Shown here: positions 1 through 12,450 of the stretch, piece after piece
Numbering within the stretch: the first letter of the stretch is position 1
Layout: each line of letters starts with the position of its first letter
Source of the DNA: Octopus sinensis
Taxonomy: Eukaryota
DNA length: 64,000 bases
Assembly (NCBI RefSeq): GCF_006345805.1
Contig: NC_042997.1
Span: 95,790,001 to 95,854,000 of the forward strand
Direction: 5' to 3'
Position numbers and translations under genes: made by a program
Notes under the pieces: model-generated
Databases searched by the model: none
The model's input: only the letters and a program-made list of their open reading frames with translations
What the model was told of the DNA's origin: nothing

Positions 1-330
1 GGATGGATCAGTGGTTGGAGTGTCGAGCTTACGATCGTGAGGTTGTGAGCTCGAATCCCGGACCGGGCTGCGTGTTGTGTTCTCGAGCAAGGCACTTTAT
101 TTCACGTTGCTCCAGTTCACTCACCTATAGAAATGAGTTGCGACGTCACTGGCGCCAAGCTGTATCGACCTTTGTCTTCCCCTTGGATAACACTGGTGGC
201 GTGGAGAGGGGAGGCTGGTATGCATGGGCGACTGCTGACCTTCCATAAACAACCTTGCCCGGACTTGTGTCTAGGAGGGTAACTTTCTAGGTGCAATCCC
301 ATGGTCATTCATGGCCGAAGGGGGTCTTTA
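1..330 (+). mobile_element. tRNA-derived SINE (family A)
   Basis: A-box-like TGGATCAGTGG near 4 and B-box-like GAGCTCGAATCCC near 47; 131-326 is closely repeated at ~5011-5206. Confidence 0.75.
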
Positions 331-654
331 CTCTTTAAACAGAAAAATATAATCTCTAATGCCTAAGACTATACTACAATGGCATATATGGGCAATTTAA
401 GTTGGATTGTCTCTTGACGATAGGCTGAAAAAGATGTAAGGAGTCTATTTGTCTATTTATGTATTTGTATTATTTTTATTTTATTACTAATTTGCATATT
501 GATGTATATTGTTTTGTCCGATTTTCATGTTCCTATTTGTATATATATATATATACACATACATATATATATAAACATATATATATATGAGATAATTATC
601 CCTTAGAGGTATTAAAACCCCTAACTGATACCTACACTATATATATATATATAT

Positions 655-2250
655 ATTCGTCTGGCCGAACTTGTCCTTACTCTGAACTGCTTCTCGTTCG
701 CGGGCGAGTTCTACCATCAGGTCTCGGGAGTGGCCATGGGAACGCGAATGGGCCCCAACTATGCGAACCTGTTCGTTGGCTATGTTGAGGCCCAAATATT
801 CTCTAATTTCACTGGTCCCACTCCTGAACTATATGGTCGTTACATCGACGACATTATCGGTGCCACCTCACTCTCCCGCGAACATCTAGATTCCTTCCTC
901 TCTTTCGTCCAATCTTTCCATCCAGCCCTCCACTTCACTTCCACTATCTCCAACACCTCTGTCTCCTTCCTCGACATTTCGGTTAGCATTCTTCACTCCA
1001 CTCTTACCACCTCCATTCACTACAAACACACAGACTCACACTCATACCTCAACTTCTCTTCCTCCCACCCAGAACACACCAAGCTTTCCATCCCCTATTC
1101 CCAATTCCTCCGTCTACGTAGGCTCTGTAGTGACGACCCTGACTTTGAGACTCAGTCTCAACGTATGGCTCACCACTTCACCCTACGTGGATACCCCCTC
1201 ACCACTATCCACACCGCCCTTTCCAGAGCACGGTCCGTGGACCGTGTATCTGCTCTCTCTCCCCGAACCCGCCCTGTAGTCTCCCGCCTCCCTTTTCCCC
1301 TCACTTACCACCCCACGACCCTACGTCTCCAACGCACCATTCTTCGAGCTTTCCGTCATCTCCAGTCCGACCCGTCCACTTCACACCTCTTCCCTAACCG
1401 ACCCCTCCCCTCTTTCAAACGAGCCCACAACCTTCGAGACCTTTTGGTCCATAGCTCCTTCCCTGACCCTACCTCCCAACCCGGCTCGTTCCCCTGCTCC
1501 CGCCCACGTTGCCGCACTTGCCCTTACCTCTCCAACACCACCCGCCTCACTAGCACCCACCATCGACCCTATCCCATCATCCACTCCTTCACCTGCACCT
1601 CCAGCAATATTATCTATTGCATCTCTTGCTCTCTCTGCAATTCCTTGTACATCGGACAAACGGGACGCCGCTTGGCTGACCGGTTCGCGGAACACCTTCG
1701 TGACATCCACCTTGCGAACGACACACCGGTCTCACGCCATTTCCGCTCCACCGGTCACTCCTTGCAACACCTATCTGTGTTCGGTTTGTCCTTACACAGA
1801 GGCCATCCGGATTCCCGTTTGCGCCGTGAACAGGAATTAATCTTCTCTCTTCGCTCTTATACGCCATTTGGTCTCAACTCGCACCCCTCCTCATCTAACC
1901 CCCCTCTCCCCCCTCCTGACCTATCCTTTCCCCCGACCCCTACTTCTTCAGTCCTTCATCCTTTCACCCCTACTCCCCTTCCCTTCTTCCCTCTTTCTCC
2001 CTCCATCCTTCCCTCTTCCCCTTCCCTCTGCTCCCTCACTCCCTCTCTCCCCCTCTCCCTCTTTCCTCCTTCCTCCCCTCCTCCCCTTCCTTCTCCCCTC
2101 CTCTCTCTCCCCCATCCTCTCCTCTTCCCCCCTCTCCTCTTCCCCCCTCTCCTCTTCCCCCCTCTCCTCCCCCTCTTCTCCTCACTACACCACACGACTT
2201 CACACATCACATCATATATGATGTGCCATACTAATACATACACCAACTAA
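655..2250 (+). CDS. PLE polyprotein fragment: RT C-terminal half plus GIY-YIG endonuclease
   Basis: Frame is open from ~655 (IRLAELVLTLNCFSF...) through ORF 730..2250; NIIYCISC...YIGQTGRRLADRFAEH...EQELI...GLN (GLN at 1870-1878); residues after ~1890 are translated C/T-only low complexity. Confidence 0.85.
   Translation: MRLAELVLTLNCFSFAGEFYHQVSGVAMGTRMGPNYANLFVGYVEAQIFSNFTGPTPELYGRYIDDIIGATSLSREHLDSFLSFVQSFHPALHFTSTISNTSVSFLDISVSILHSTLTTSIHYKHTDSHSYLNFSSSHPEHTKLSIPYSQFLRLRRLCSDDPDFETQSQRMAHHFTLRGYPLTTIHTALSRARSVDRVSALSPRTRPVVSRLPFPLTYHPTTLRLQRTILRAFRHLQSDPSTSHLFPNRPLPSFKRAHNLRDLLVHSSFPDPTSQPGSFPCSRPRCRTCPYLSNTTRLTSTHHRPYPIIHSFTCTSSNIIYCISCSLCNSLYIGQTGRRLADRFAEHLRDIHLANDTPVSRHFRSTGHSLQHLSVFGLSLHRGHPDSRLRREQELIFSLRSYTPFGLNSHPSSSNPPLPPPDLSFPPTPTSSVLHPFTPTPLPFFPLSPSILPSSPSLCSLTPSLPLSLFPPSSPPPLPSPLLSLPHPLLFPPLLFPPLLFPPLLPLFSSLHHTTSHITSYMMCHTNTYTN
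1890..2185. repeat. Polypyrimidine low-complexity tract
   Basis: Almost exclusively C/T for ~300 bp. Confidence 0.9.
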
Positions 2251-2560
2251 TACATACTAATACGTACTAATACATACTAATACATACTAATACATACACC
2301 AACCCTATACATACACACGTCCAGACCCCTCATACGCACTTATACTCTCTCATACACACACACACACACACACTTATACATACTAATACGTACTAATACA
2401 TACTAATACATACTAATACATACACCAACCCCATACATACGCACGTCCACACCAATCCTACGCACTAATACTCTCTCATACACACACACACCCTTATACA
2501 TACTAATACATACACCAACCCTATACATACACACGTCCAGACCCCTCCTACGCACTATTA
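2225..2560. repeat. Compound minisatellite in PLE 3' region
   Basis: TACTAATACA units plus a longer unit (CATACACCAACCC...CACGTCCA...TACGCACT) starting near 2290, 2418 and 2508. Confidence 0.8.
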
Positions 2561-2728
2561 GCTGGTCCTTCAACCATATTATCAACCCTATTATCTCCCC
2601 TTATTTCGCTCTCGCGTCTCATGTTTGATCTTTGACCTCTGGCCGAAATCAGATCGCCATGTTGATTCGTTAGCTACTGCACGCATTTTTTTTCTCTCCT
2701 TCTTTCTGTGTTTTTTTCTCTCTGTGTA

Positions 2729-2766
2729 TCTTTCTGTTGAAGAGCGTAGGCTCGAAACGTTAAAGA
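2729..2766 (+). ncRNA. Minimal type-I hammerhead-like motif, A6U core variant
   Basis: Stem I TCTTT/AAAGA; core CTGTTGA; extra A; stem II GAGC-gtag-GCTC; GAAA; palindromic ACGT; H17=U at 2761. Confidence 0.6.
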
Positions 2767-2896
2767 CTTGTTTTATTTATATTTCCTGAGCGCCATACTA
2801 ATACAATTGTTCGTTTGTTTTCCACCTGCCTTCGTCTTTTGTCTATTTTCATAAAGCTTCCCGTTATATATATATATATATATATAATATATATAT

Positions 2897-3020
2897 ATGT
2901 ATGTATGTTGTATGTATGTATGTATGTATGTATGTATGTATGTATGTATGTATGTATGTAGTATGTATGTATGTATGTATGTATGTATGTATGTATGTAT
3001 GTATGTATGTATGTATGTAT
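2897..3020. repeat. (TATG)n microsatellite
   Basis: Direct reading. Confidence 0.95.
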
Positions 3021-3074
3021 ATCACTCGCTGAGAAGTTTTGTTTCTGAAGCTGAGGCTGAAGGAATGGTACCTG

Positions 3075-3830
3075 GTGTTGTTACAAGTACATGCACCAAA
3101 TAACGAGGCCAATTAGAATACTTTTCTTGTCCGGAGAATAGGTTGAAATCATGGAGGCGATTAAGGCTTTGAGATGTGTCGAGGTTGCTAGAGAGGGGGA
3201 AATATGTCCTGAAATACTAAAACCCTGGCTGACTCGTGCGTGCCAGGGTTCTTGAACCTCTGTGAAAACACTAAGCAATGGTCTAATAATCCTAAATTTT
3301 AAAATGGAAACAAAAGAGAATGCTTCAATTATAGAAGAATACTATCGATGAACCATGTCTGCGCTACGTGTTTGAGAAAGAGATGTAAGAAATTGTTGAC
3401 TACTTACTGAAAAACAGCATGGTTTCTGTCATGCATTCAGCACAACCAAAGAGATAATCACTCCACGGAAGATGTTAAAGATATCAAGAGTAATGTCACT
3501 ACGTGACACGTGCTTTTTAGGCCTCGAAAAGCATACAACTGGGCACAGCGTGATATGCTGTGGATAGTTTTGTTGGAATTTGGGATTAATAGGCAACTTC
3601 TCGTTCACGAGAAATCCTTATACGAACGCCCAAATACGTGTGTTCGATAAATAGTGCTATGTCGAAACCTTTCACAGTGGATAGGAAATCTGCTGGAGTA
3701 GGTATTGCCATTTCTTCGTTTCATTATATTTATGAAGTGGATTGGCACGCGCAGCCGTGAGTGTAAGATTGGTCGGTTGATATATGGAAATACCTGGCTC
3801 ATGAGATGATCACCATCATGCACTGAGTGG
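3075..3830 (+). pseudogene. Degenerate RTE-like LINE endonuclease/RT remnant
   Basis: Broken frames give VQVHAPN, EIMEAIKALR...EICPEILK and LW..L.EFGI..QLL...KSLYE-type motifs; many stops. Confidence 0.5.
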
Positions 3831-4010
3831 GGGTTCACTGCTGAGTGCTGAGGGGAAAGATGAAAATTAGTGCTACGAAGACTGAGATCTAAATAATTGC
3901 ACCTTCAAGATCCATTGATATATCTGAAGACCTTTTTGAAGGAAATTTTGGGGTACAGGTTACCAGAATATTCTCAAATGATCGAAGTTTTCCATTTAAC
4001 TCTATTACAA

Positions 4011-4399
4011 TACTAGCAGTATCACCCGGCGATGCTCGGGTTTGTTTCGAACCTTTAGAATTGGAATTTTTGAAAAGGAAAAATTATGCATTATGTAGCT
4101 TGTTATTTTCTTTAAGTGAACATTTTTCTGGTTGAAATACACCGAAAAATGGCGACACAGCAGTAAAAAAATCGTAAAAAGTAGGGATTTTCATAGAAAA
4201 AAAGCACCTTTTCCATGTAAATAATTTTTGGTGTTAACATCCGATTTGAATTTTTGCTTCTACGGAAGGAAGAGCAAGCCTTCTATCATACTCTCAACTG
4301 TGGTCAACTATCCCCGTAGGGTCTCGGAGGAGATAGTGTTCGATGAAGGCTACCAAACCTGCCATACACAGATAACTTCAGCTTTATATAGAGAGAGAT
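4011..4399 (+). mobile_element. Helitron-like non-autonomous element (Lep1/HINE-like)
   Basis: Starts TACTAGCAG with CCCG..CGGG hairpin; ends ACACAGATAACTTCAGCTTTATATAGAGAGAGAT; same layout at 42064 and 62483. Confidence 0.45.
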
Positions 4400-4734
4400 T
4401 ACATATGTGATTCCGTGCCGTATTGGTGTTTAGAACTAGGAACGCAGTTCTCAGTCATTTACCTCCAGTTAGTTTCATTTTACTCCTGCAGATTTCCTAT
4501 CCACTGTGAAAGTTTTCGACAAAGCACCATTTATCCGAACACTCGCATTTAGGCATTCGTAAGGGACTTCTCGTGAACGAGAAGTTGACCATTAATCCCA
4601 AATTCCAACATAAACTATCCGCAGCATATCACGCTGTGCCCAGTTGTATGCTTTTGGAGGTCTATAAAGCAAGCGTCACGTCGAGACGTTACTCTTGATA
4701 TCTTCCACATCTTCCATGGAGCGATTATCTGGTT

Positions 4735-5206
4735 GGTTGTAGGGCAGTGGACTCGTGGTCGTAGGATCGCGGTTTCGATTCCAAGACCGGGCATTGTGAG
4801 TGTTTATTGAGCGAAAACACCTACAGGGGGTGGTGGTGAACCCTGCTGTACTCTTTCACTACAACTTTCTCTCACTCTTTCTTCCTGTTTCGTTGTATCT
4901 GTATTTCAAAGGGCCAGCTTTGTCACACTCTGTGTCACCTTGAATTTCCCTGAGAACTACGTTAAAGGGTACATGTGTCTGTGGAATGATCAGTCACTTG
5001 CACGTTAATAAATGAGATGCGACGTCACTGGTGCCAAGCTGTATTGGCCTTTCCCTTTCCCTTGGATAACATCGGTGGTGTGGAGAGAGGAGGCTGGTAT
5101 GCATGGACGACTGTTGGTCTTCTGTAAACAACCTTGCCCAGACTTGTGCCTCGGAGGGTAACTTTCTAGGTGCAATACCATGGTCATTCATGACCGAAGG
5201 GAGTCA
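4735..5206 (+). mobile_element. tRNA-derived SINE (family A related)
   Basis: B box GGTTTCGATTCC near 4770; 3' part matches 131-326; middle matches the reverse complement of 7460-7520. Confidence 0.7.
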
Positions 5207-5217
5207 CACACCGTTTC

Positions 5218-5264
<47 letters not shown>

Positions 5265-5319
5265 GTGTGTGTGTGTATGTGTGTGTGTGTGTATGTGTGT
5301 GTGTGTGTGTTTCTGTGTC

Positions 5320-5373
<54 letters not shown>

Positions 5374-5477
5374 ATATATATGTGTGTGTGTGGTGTGTGT
5401 GTGTATGTATGTATGTATGTATTTTTGTTTCATATTCTGCATCAATACCTTTTCTTCATTAATATGCATATTGATGA

Positions 5478-5675
5478 AAGCGGTGAGCAGGAAGAATTCT
5501 TTGCACGTCGGTCAAAATGTTTAGCGACATTTCCTCCGTCTTTACGTTCTGCGTTCAAACTCCACCGTGGTCTACAGTGCCTTTTATCCTTTTGGGTCCG
5601 ATAAAATAAGTACCAGTTGAATACTGACGAGCGATCTCATGGACTTATCCTCTCCACAAACTTGCTAGAATTATT
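5478..5675 (+). mobile_element. tRNA-derived SINE (family B)
   Basis: AAGCGGTGAGC head, GCGTTCAAACTCC B box, CCTTTTATCCTTTTGGGTCCGATAAAATAAGTACCAG body shared with >10 copies in the window. Confidence 0.7.
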
Positions 5676-6485
5676 CCCTCCCTAAAATTGAAACTAATAT
5701 ACATATTGCCCAATTTTTACCCAGGCCAAGTGAGAAAAGTATGCTTCCAAGAAGAGTTTTAATCAAGCGAATACGTCAGATATTTTCATCGTTTAGCTTT
5801 GAATACTACATCTACTCAATTCGGTACAGTTTTTATGTTGTAAGAATGTCCAAAATCTTTACTCCACCGATTGTATTATAGTCATAGCTGTTGTGCTTTT
5901 ATAGATTGTAAATACTAAGAAACGGAATCGCTTTGTGGAAAGCTTTGAATAAGTTTAATTGATTAAAATATTTTCCTCTTGATCACATCGTATACATTAG
6001 ACCTTATTACATTTGTATTTAGCATGTATACGAGTAGTCATATCGAGCTGATTTGTGTAGCATGTTAATGCAAGTTCATTAACAACTGGATAGAAAGCAA
6101 AGCTATCAGATAAAAAATAATTTAAATCGAACACAAGAAGAACAGTATGTGTACTTGCGTGTGTCTGTATAATAATTAGTGCATAGCATACTGCTTTATA
6201 TATAAAGATATGAAATCGATATACCACCTGTAGCTTATATTTATAAACAAGAGTTTATTAAAGGGAAAGAACTCCAAAGAATTTGTAAAAGTTATGTCCC
6301 TGGAAATATAGTTTTCGCTTTCTCTCACACTTCCCTTCTCTGATTCTCTCTCTATCACTCTATCTCTATTTCTCTCTCATTCTATCTCTCCCCATCTGTC
6401 TGTCTGTTTCTGTCTTTCTTCCCCTCACACCTCCCCCTCTCTCTATATATGTATGTGTGTATATACATGTATGTATGTGTGTATA

Positions 6486-6564
<79 letters not shown>

Positions 6565-6639
6565 GAGTGAGAGAGAGAGAGAGAGAGAGAGGAAATGAAT
6601 AGAAAAGCAAGAGACGAAAACAGGTGTATAAACAATATG

Positions 6640-7310
6640 TATTCTCTTTTATCTTTTAAATGTTTCAGTCATTTGACTGGCCACGCTCGGGCACCGCCTT
6701 GAAGGGCGTTAGCAAACACAAATCGATCCCAGGATTTAATTTTTGAAAGTATAATACTTATTCTATCGCATTCTAATGCTGAGCATTTACAAGGGCGTAA
6801 ACACACCAACATTGGTTGTCAAGTGGTGGGTGGGGTTGCAAAACAAGCACAAATACACACGCATCTTTATAGATACACATACATACATAGATTGATATGA
6901 CTGGCTACTTTCAACCTCCGTCTACCAAATAGATTCACAAGGCTTTGGTAGATACGAAGCTATACGAGAAACCACTTGCTCAAGGTACCACGGAGTGGGG
7001 GTGAACGTGGAACGATGTGATTGAGAAGCTAACTTCACACCACATAGCCACGCCTTATATCATACTCGTTATTATCTTGTAATCGTTGCAGTTACTGGAT
7101 TCCCGCCATGCACGGGGGTACCGCCTTGAAGTATTTAAGGCGAACGAATCCATTCCAATTACTTACTTTCTTTTATTTATCTTTTTATTTTAAGCCAGGT
7201 ACTTAATCCATTGGTTTCTGTCACCGAACAGCTAAGTTAAAGAAACATAAACGGTCGTCAAGTGGTGGTGGAAAATGAACAGGGACACGAACACACTCAC
7301 GCAGTCACAC
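6640..7310 (-). mobile_element. SINE family C copies (CORE-like), one full plus one partial
   Basis: Reverse-complement matches to 14422-14910; head near 6960-7035. Confidence 0.65.
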
Positions 7311-7344
7311 ACACACACACAATCACACACACTATATATATATA

Positions 7345-7625
7345 TCACGTGATCATGTGACCGACCAGACCATCAGATGTTGTTACACATCGCTGGTCAC
7401 AATGCGTTCGCATTATTTTAGCCTTCGAATGACGCCACCCCGCTGGCTAAGTGAGCAAGCCAACAGAAGAAAGAGTGAGAGAAAGAGTGGTGAAAGAGTA
7501 CAGCAGGGATCACCACCCCCTGTCGGAGCCTCGTGGAGCTTGTAGGTGTTTTCGCTCACTCACAACAACCGGTCTGGGAATCGAAACCGCGGTTCCGCTG
7601 CCCTAACCACTAGGCCATTGCGCCT
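7345..7625 (-). mobile_element. tRNA-derived SINE (family A related)
   Basis: Minus-strand TGGCCTAGTGGTTAGG A box and GGTTTCGATTCCC B box at 7575-7620; tail matches 16835-16920. Confidence 0.7.
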
Positions 7626-7765
7626 CTATCGGTTCGGCAAAAAGAGACCGATAGAATAAGTACTGGGCTTACAAATAATAAGTTCCAGGGTCGATTTGCT
7701 CGACTAAAGGCGGTGCTCCAGCATGGCCGCAGTCAAACGACTGAAACAAGTAAAAGAAAAGAAAG
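7625..7765 (+). mobile_element. SINE family C 3' part
   Basis: GGTTCGGCAAAAAGAGACCGATAGAATAAGTAC...GCATGGCCGCAGTCAAA...GAAACAAGTAAAAG tail. Confidence 0.75.
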
Positions 7766-8019
7766 AAAGAATATATATACATAGGTCTCTCATGGGTGCT
7801 ATTGGTAACATGTCAGTTAGTACAACCTATACCATGGTCGGGTCGTCGGAGACTAAACTGGCAACCCTGTCAAGCTTGCTTGGTGAAGAGGGTGAAATAC
7901 CTACGTTTGTGTCCAGGTGCGTGGTCGGCTCGCTGTGAGTGTGAGGCCTCTCTGTTGTTGTCACATCTCTCTAGGAGAGGGGTACTCTGACAGAAAACCT
8001 GCAAGACTGACAATATTCA

Positions 8020-9269
8020 ATGATTTATGTTGAATTAAATGGCTTAGCCACTTCCACCATTTTCGCTTCCGTAAGCAACTGAACCTTCTGGTTCTGCATG
8101 AAGCAGTGGGTCGGCTATGCGCTTCCTCTTGAAGATAAACGCAGGTGGTATGAAATGCCCGGTGACGCTCAGTGCACACGCAGCACTCACAGTTCGTCCT
8201 TTCTCAGCACTAACTATTTGTTCGACCTGCTTCGCTCCCTTCAGTGAAATGACTTTTGGAACTCTCTGCACTGAGGACAGACTTGTTTCATCCATGTTGA
8301 AAATCTGATCAGCTGTGAAATGTTGCTGCTGATAAAATTCTTTTAGAACATCAAAAAATCTGCCAACTTGGACCCTGTTGAATGCTGCAGCACGACCAGC
8401 AGCCGTTGACTGAGCAGTGTGTAGGTTCAGTGTTGGGTAACGCTTTAAAAATAAACCTGACGAAGAGAACTTCCTTTACGGACAGATTGCATGGCTGCCT
8501 GTAGGTTGTTTGGAGTCCAATAGCCTCTTCCAGCTTTACGAATGTAAATTCTTACCATCTGAAAATAATAAGGAAATGGGATGAAGAAAGTGAGATAAAA
8601 CTCACGCGCGCTCACACCCACTCACACCCACTCACACCCCTGCTCACATACAGACACACACTCACATGCACACACATGTATACACACATACAAAGCACAC
8701 ACATGCATACACTTGCATTTCCATATACATACACCCATAGAAACACACTAAGGTACACACATACGCACACATGCACACGCATGTGCACACATACACAAGC
8801 ACACAAGCGCACACACATACACGCACACAAATAACATACACACATATGGGACAAAATGGGACAAGTGGACCGTTTTGCTCCAACACCTTTGGTCCGTTTT
8901 GCCCCATTCAGGTTACAACAAAAATTGTCTGCTCTGCATCCAAACCTAAGGAAAAATCAAGGCTATTGCTGCTTAAACTTTGACATTTGAAATATTTCAA
9001 AACATGATAGGCCGTACTTACCTTAGGTGTTGGTATTTATTTCATCAACAATATATATTTGAAATCAATATTTACATTGACGAGTTGAATTTCAGTATTT
9101 TCCTTCCTGTGTCGTGAAAACTGACCCCAAAATGGGACTTTTCGGGATGCGTGATCGAAGGGAAGTAACTTTTAATTAGAAAGCCTTCACAACGGTTAAG
9201 TCCCATTTAGATGTCTAAAATGGGGCTGGTCCGTTTTACCCCAGTGGCCCATTTTGCCCCGGTTTCTCC
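8020..9269 (-). mobile_element. pogo-like (DDE_1) DNA transposon remnant with one terminus
   Basis: Minus-strand IFNMDET...KGAKQV...CALSVTGHFIPPAFIF...ENG (8044-8310); terminus GGAGAAACCGGGGCAAAATGGG next to TA at 9270-9271; (CA)-rich tract 8600-8850 inside. Confidence 0.7.
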
Positions 9270-11654
9270 TATCATGAATTGGAATGGCGCACATGGAAGT
9301 TTGACAGGCGGTGCTTGTGCTTTACCCATTTTCCGAAAGGTTATTCAGGCAGTGTATCGAGAAATTCAATACAAGTATTACAAGACACTACAACTGCGTT
9401 GTGTTAAAATAGTGTTGCTGTTCAATGTTTGTTCAATGGTTAAATTTCCTATCCGATGCACTATTCAGGCAAGTTTCGTTATACTTATGAAAACCTCCCA
9501 ACTTCAACCTTGCTAACGGGGGAGGTTCCTGAGCAGTCACAGGGGAAATTGTGAAACATACGAAAAAGAAGTGGACGAGTGCAAGATATAAATTCGTAAA
9601 AAAAGACTTGGTTATTGGCACGTGGACTTTTCTGATATAGTACTTTATTATTCCATGAAACTCAGAACAGTTGCTGCCGAGTGAAAATTTACAACATACA
9701 CTCTCAAAATGCTAGAAATAACTGCAAAATCTTCCTCCAATCCCTCACAGCTGTCTCAAAGTAACGGAAGTATTAGATAATGTTGTCCTACATATTTACA
9801 GAAAAGGGGATAAGGCATATAGGAGGAATACTTTCGATCAGAAATCTAATACAAAGCAAAAAGAGAAAAAACTTGATTTTGTTTGGAAAGATATTTTTCA
9901 TTCAAAACCTCTAACAAATGCTTTAGTTTGTTGTAAAGGAGAGATGCGATGGATAGGTCAAGTGACACGAACATGTTTAGTTCTTCTTGCATTTGTTTGA
10001 CCCAAGTCGAATCAATCTATTATAAAATACCTCCCAGTTCTAACCATGCTGTTTTTTTTTTACTCCGGACAACATTATCTAAACTGTCTCCATTTAATTA
10101 AAATATCAATGATGTGGTTTTAGAGAAATGTGGTTTCTGTTTTTAGCATGTTGTGTGGACATGTAGCAGACCCCATTTAAATATTTTTATCTGGTAGCAA
10201 TGAGTTTTGGAAAAACGTGGCGTTGTATATCACACAGAACCTTAAATTTGTTTATCGACAAAGATGCCATTGCGTATTTTATAATGGACATCGACATTTA
10301 TTGAAGAAAAATAGTATTTCACATGGAAGTCAACTGGAATTATAAGGATTTCAGGTAGATATTTATTGAGTTGTATACATTTGTCAATACTGACAAGATC
10401 TTAAATTGTAACGAGAAATAAAATGCGACACTTTCGGGAAATTTACATTGCCTAATGCATGGAGTTTGAATTTGAAACGTTTCAACATTCGTGATTTATA
10501 TTGTCTAAAATTACTGAGTGTAAGAAATTACTACTTTGGCAGTATGCCACAAATATGAAATACGATGGTTCAGCTATTTGAATCGATCTCACACCATGTC
10601 TAGTTCTCTTTTTGTCAACTCCACGGAGATAGAAAAAAAATGTATCAATAATAACAATAAGAAGAAATCCGTTGTTGCGGAAGAGTTTTCTGGCTCATTT
10701 TAAGTTCTCAAGGCAAGTTTATTTATAAGATGTACTTGTCTGACAATGATAAATATGACTTGAAAATTTTTTTCTAATCTTCCTGAAATCTCTCTGAGAT
10801 GAGAAAAGAAATGTATGAGTTCAAAGAGCATGTAATTAGGTTGACCTTGTAGAATACATCTACATATTTGATAATTTGCCATATAAGATAGATAATATGG
10901 TGAGAAGAAAATTGGAAGATATATTACACGTATGTAAAAATGATATCCGACTAGACTTAAATACGATATCTAAATCGATTCCGATTTGATTAAGTGCATG
11001 ACATTGAAAGAAAATTATTGATAACTAGTGAATATCATTACTATTTCTGCTGAATTGTTAGTAACAGTTATTTGTGCTGACCCCTTATTCCAGTCATTTG
11101 AACGTATTCTCATTATTCCTGCAGCAGAGAACAATCTCCAAATATTATAACTGGTATCAAAACTGTAACTCATTCCAGTTACCTAATTAAAAAAAAAATT
11201 AATTCTTTTCTCTATACAATTACTCTGCTAAACGTGTATTAATAATTAATTTGTAAATCGTTCTCTTCTAAGTTCATTCCAACAACGTATAATTATTATA
11301 ACTCTGATTGGAATATAGCAACTTTCAATATTAACTATATTAAAAATTAAATGAGCTACCTGTATATAGCAATGATTAGAGAGCCAAGTACATACCAGGG
11401 TATCCATCACTATTGTTTCCGTCTTTTAATACAGATATAAGAAAATAAAATTTGATAACGTGTAAGTATGAATAATTTTCAGTTAGCGGAAGGCAAGAGC
11501 GTCCCTGTTACAGATGTTCAGTGAATCGCGTAACGCTGTTACTGTACTAATCTTGCATATATTACAAGAGGTCCTGACTTAGCTATCTTCCTTAGAGCCT
11601 GTAAAATTAAGATGTGATTACATTTTCCTTGTACTGTATTTCAATTTATGACTG

Positions 11655-11849
11655 CTTGTGAGTTAAGAAGTTTTGTTTCCCAACAGCGTGGTTCCGGTTT
11701 CAATCCTACTGCGTGACATATTGGGCAAGTGTCTTTTACTATAGTTCCGCACTAACCAAAGCTTTATCAATGACTTTCGGAGACGGAAAATGAACGAAGC
11801 CCATATATGTACATGTGTGTGTGCATCTGTGCGCGTGTTTGTACGCGTT

Positions 11850-11898
<49 letters not shown>

Positions 11899-12085
11899 AT
11901 GCTTGTGTTTCAAAATTGGTGTCGGTTTGGTTACTTCCACGTAACCTAGCGGTTCGGCTGAAATAATCGATAGAACAAATACCAGGTTTTAGATACTTAA
12001 GAACTCTGGTCGACATGCTCTACTAAACTCTTCAAGGTGGTGCACCAACATGGCACTGTCTAAAGGTGGGAAACAAATGAAAGAT
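11655..12085 (+). mobile_element. SINE family C with internal (TG)n
   Basis: GGTTCAATCC B box, TTGGGCAAGTGTC core, (TG)n 11815-11895, family tail. Confidence 0.7.
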
Positions 12086-12289
12086 GAACGAACTGCAAGT
12101 AAGAAATTAAAGTATGGGATATGTGATTTTTCGAATGAACTTCACATTAGGACCATCGTGTACATTAGAATCATCGAAGAAGCATCCTTGTTTAATATCC
12201 AGATAAACTCAGGCTCATTGCTGTAAGCGAAGACACAAATCAGACACAGTTTACCCCCACTGACAGATTTCAGCCGTACATAGTTGTAG

Positions 12290-12450
12290 TATATTTAAGA
12301 AAATAGGATGACTAGCCTGGTGAGCGTTAATTATGTTTACCAGAATATGACCTCGGTGGAATTTAAATGCAAAACGTAAAGCTGTAAGAAATGCCGCAAA
12401 ATATTTCTTACGGTTTTACGTGCTAAAGATTCTTCCAGCTCACCGCCTTG
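12290..12450 (-). mobile_element. SINE family B
   Basis: GACCTCGGTGGAATTTAAA...GCTCACCGCCTT. Confidence 0.6.

Larger units (their letters stand above)
655..2866 (+). mobile_element. 5'-truncated Penelope-like element (Neptune-type) with 3' pLTR
   Basis: RT motifs QVSGVAMG and YIDD, Cys linker CSRPRCRTCP and GIY-YIG endonuclease; starts and ends at (TA)n tracts; hammerhead-like fold in the 3' tail. Confidence 0.9.

Noticed and set aside
655-1880. Selenoprotein-type (in-frame TGA) PLE
   Set aside because: No in-frame TGA in the conserved part of the frame.
3924-3955. CTGAAGA-C-CTT-TTTG-AAG-GAAA
   Set aside because: No stem I; likely chance.
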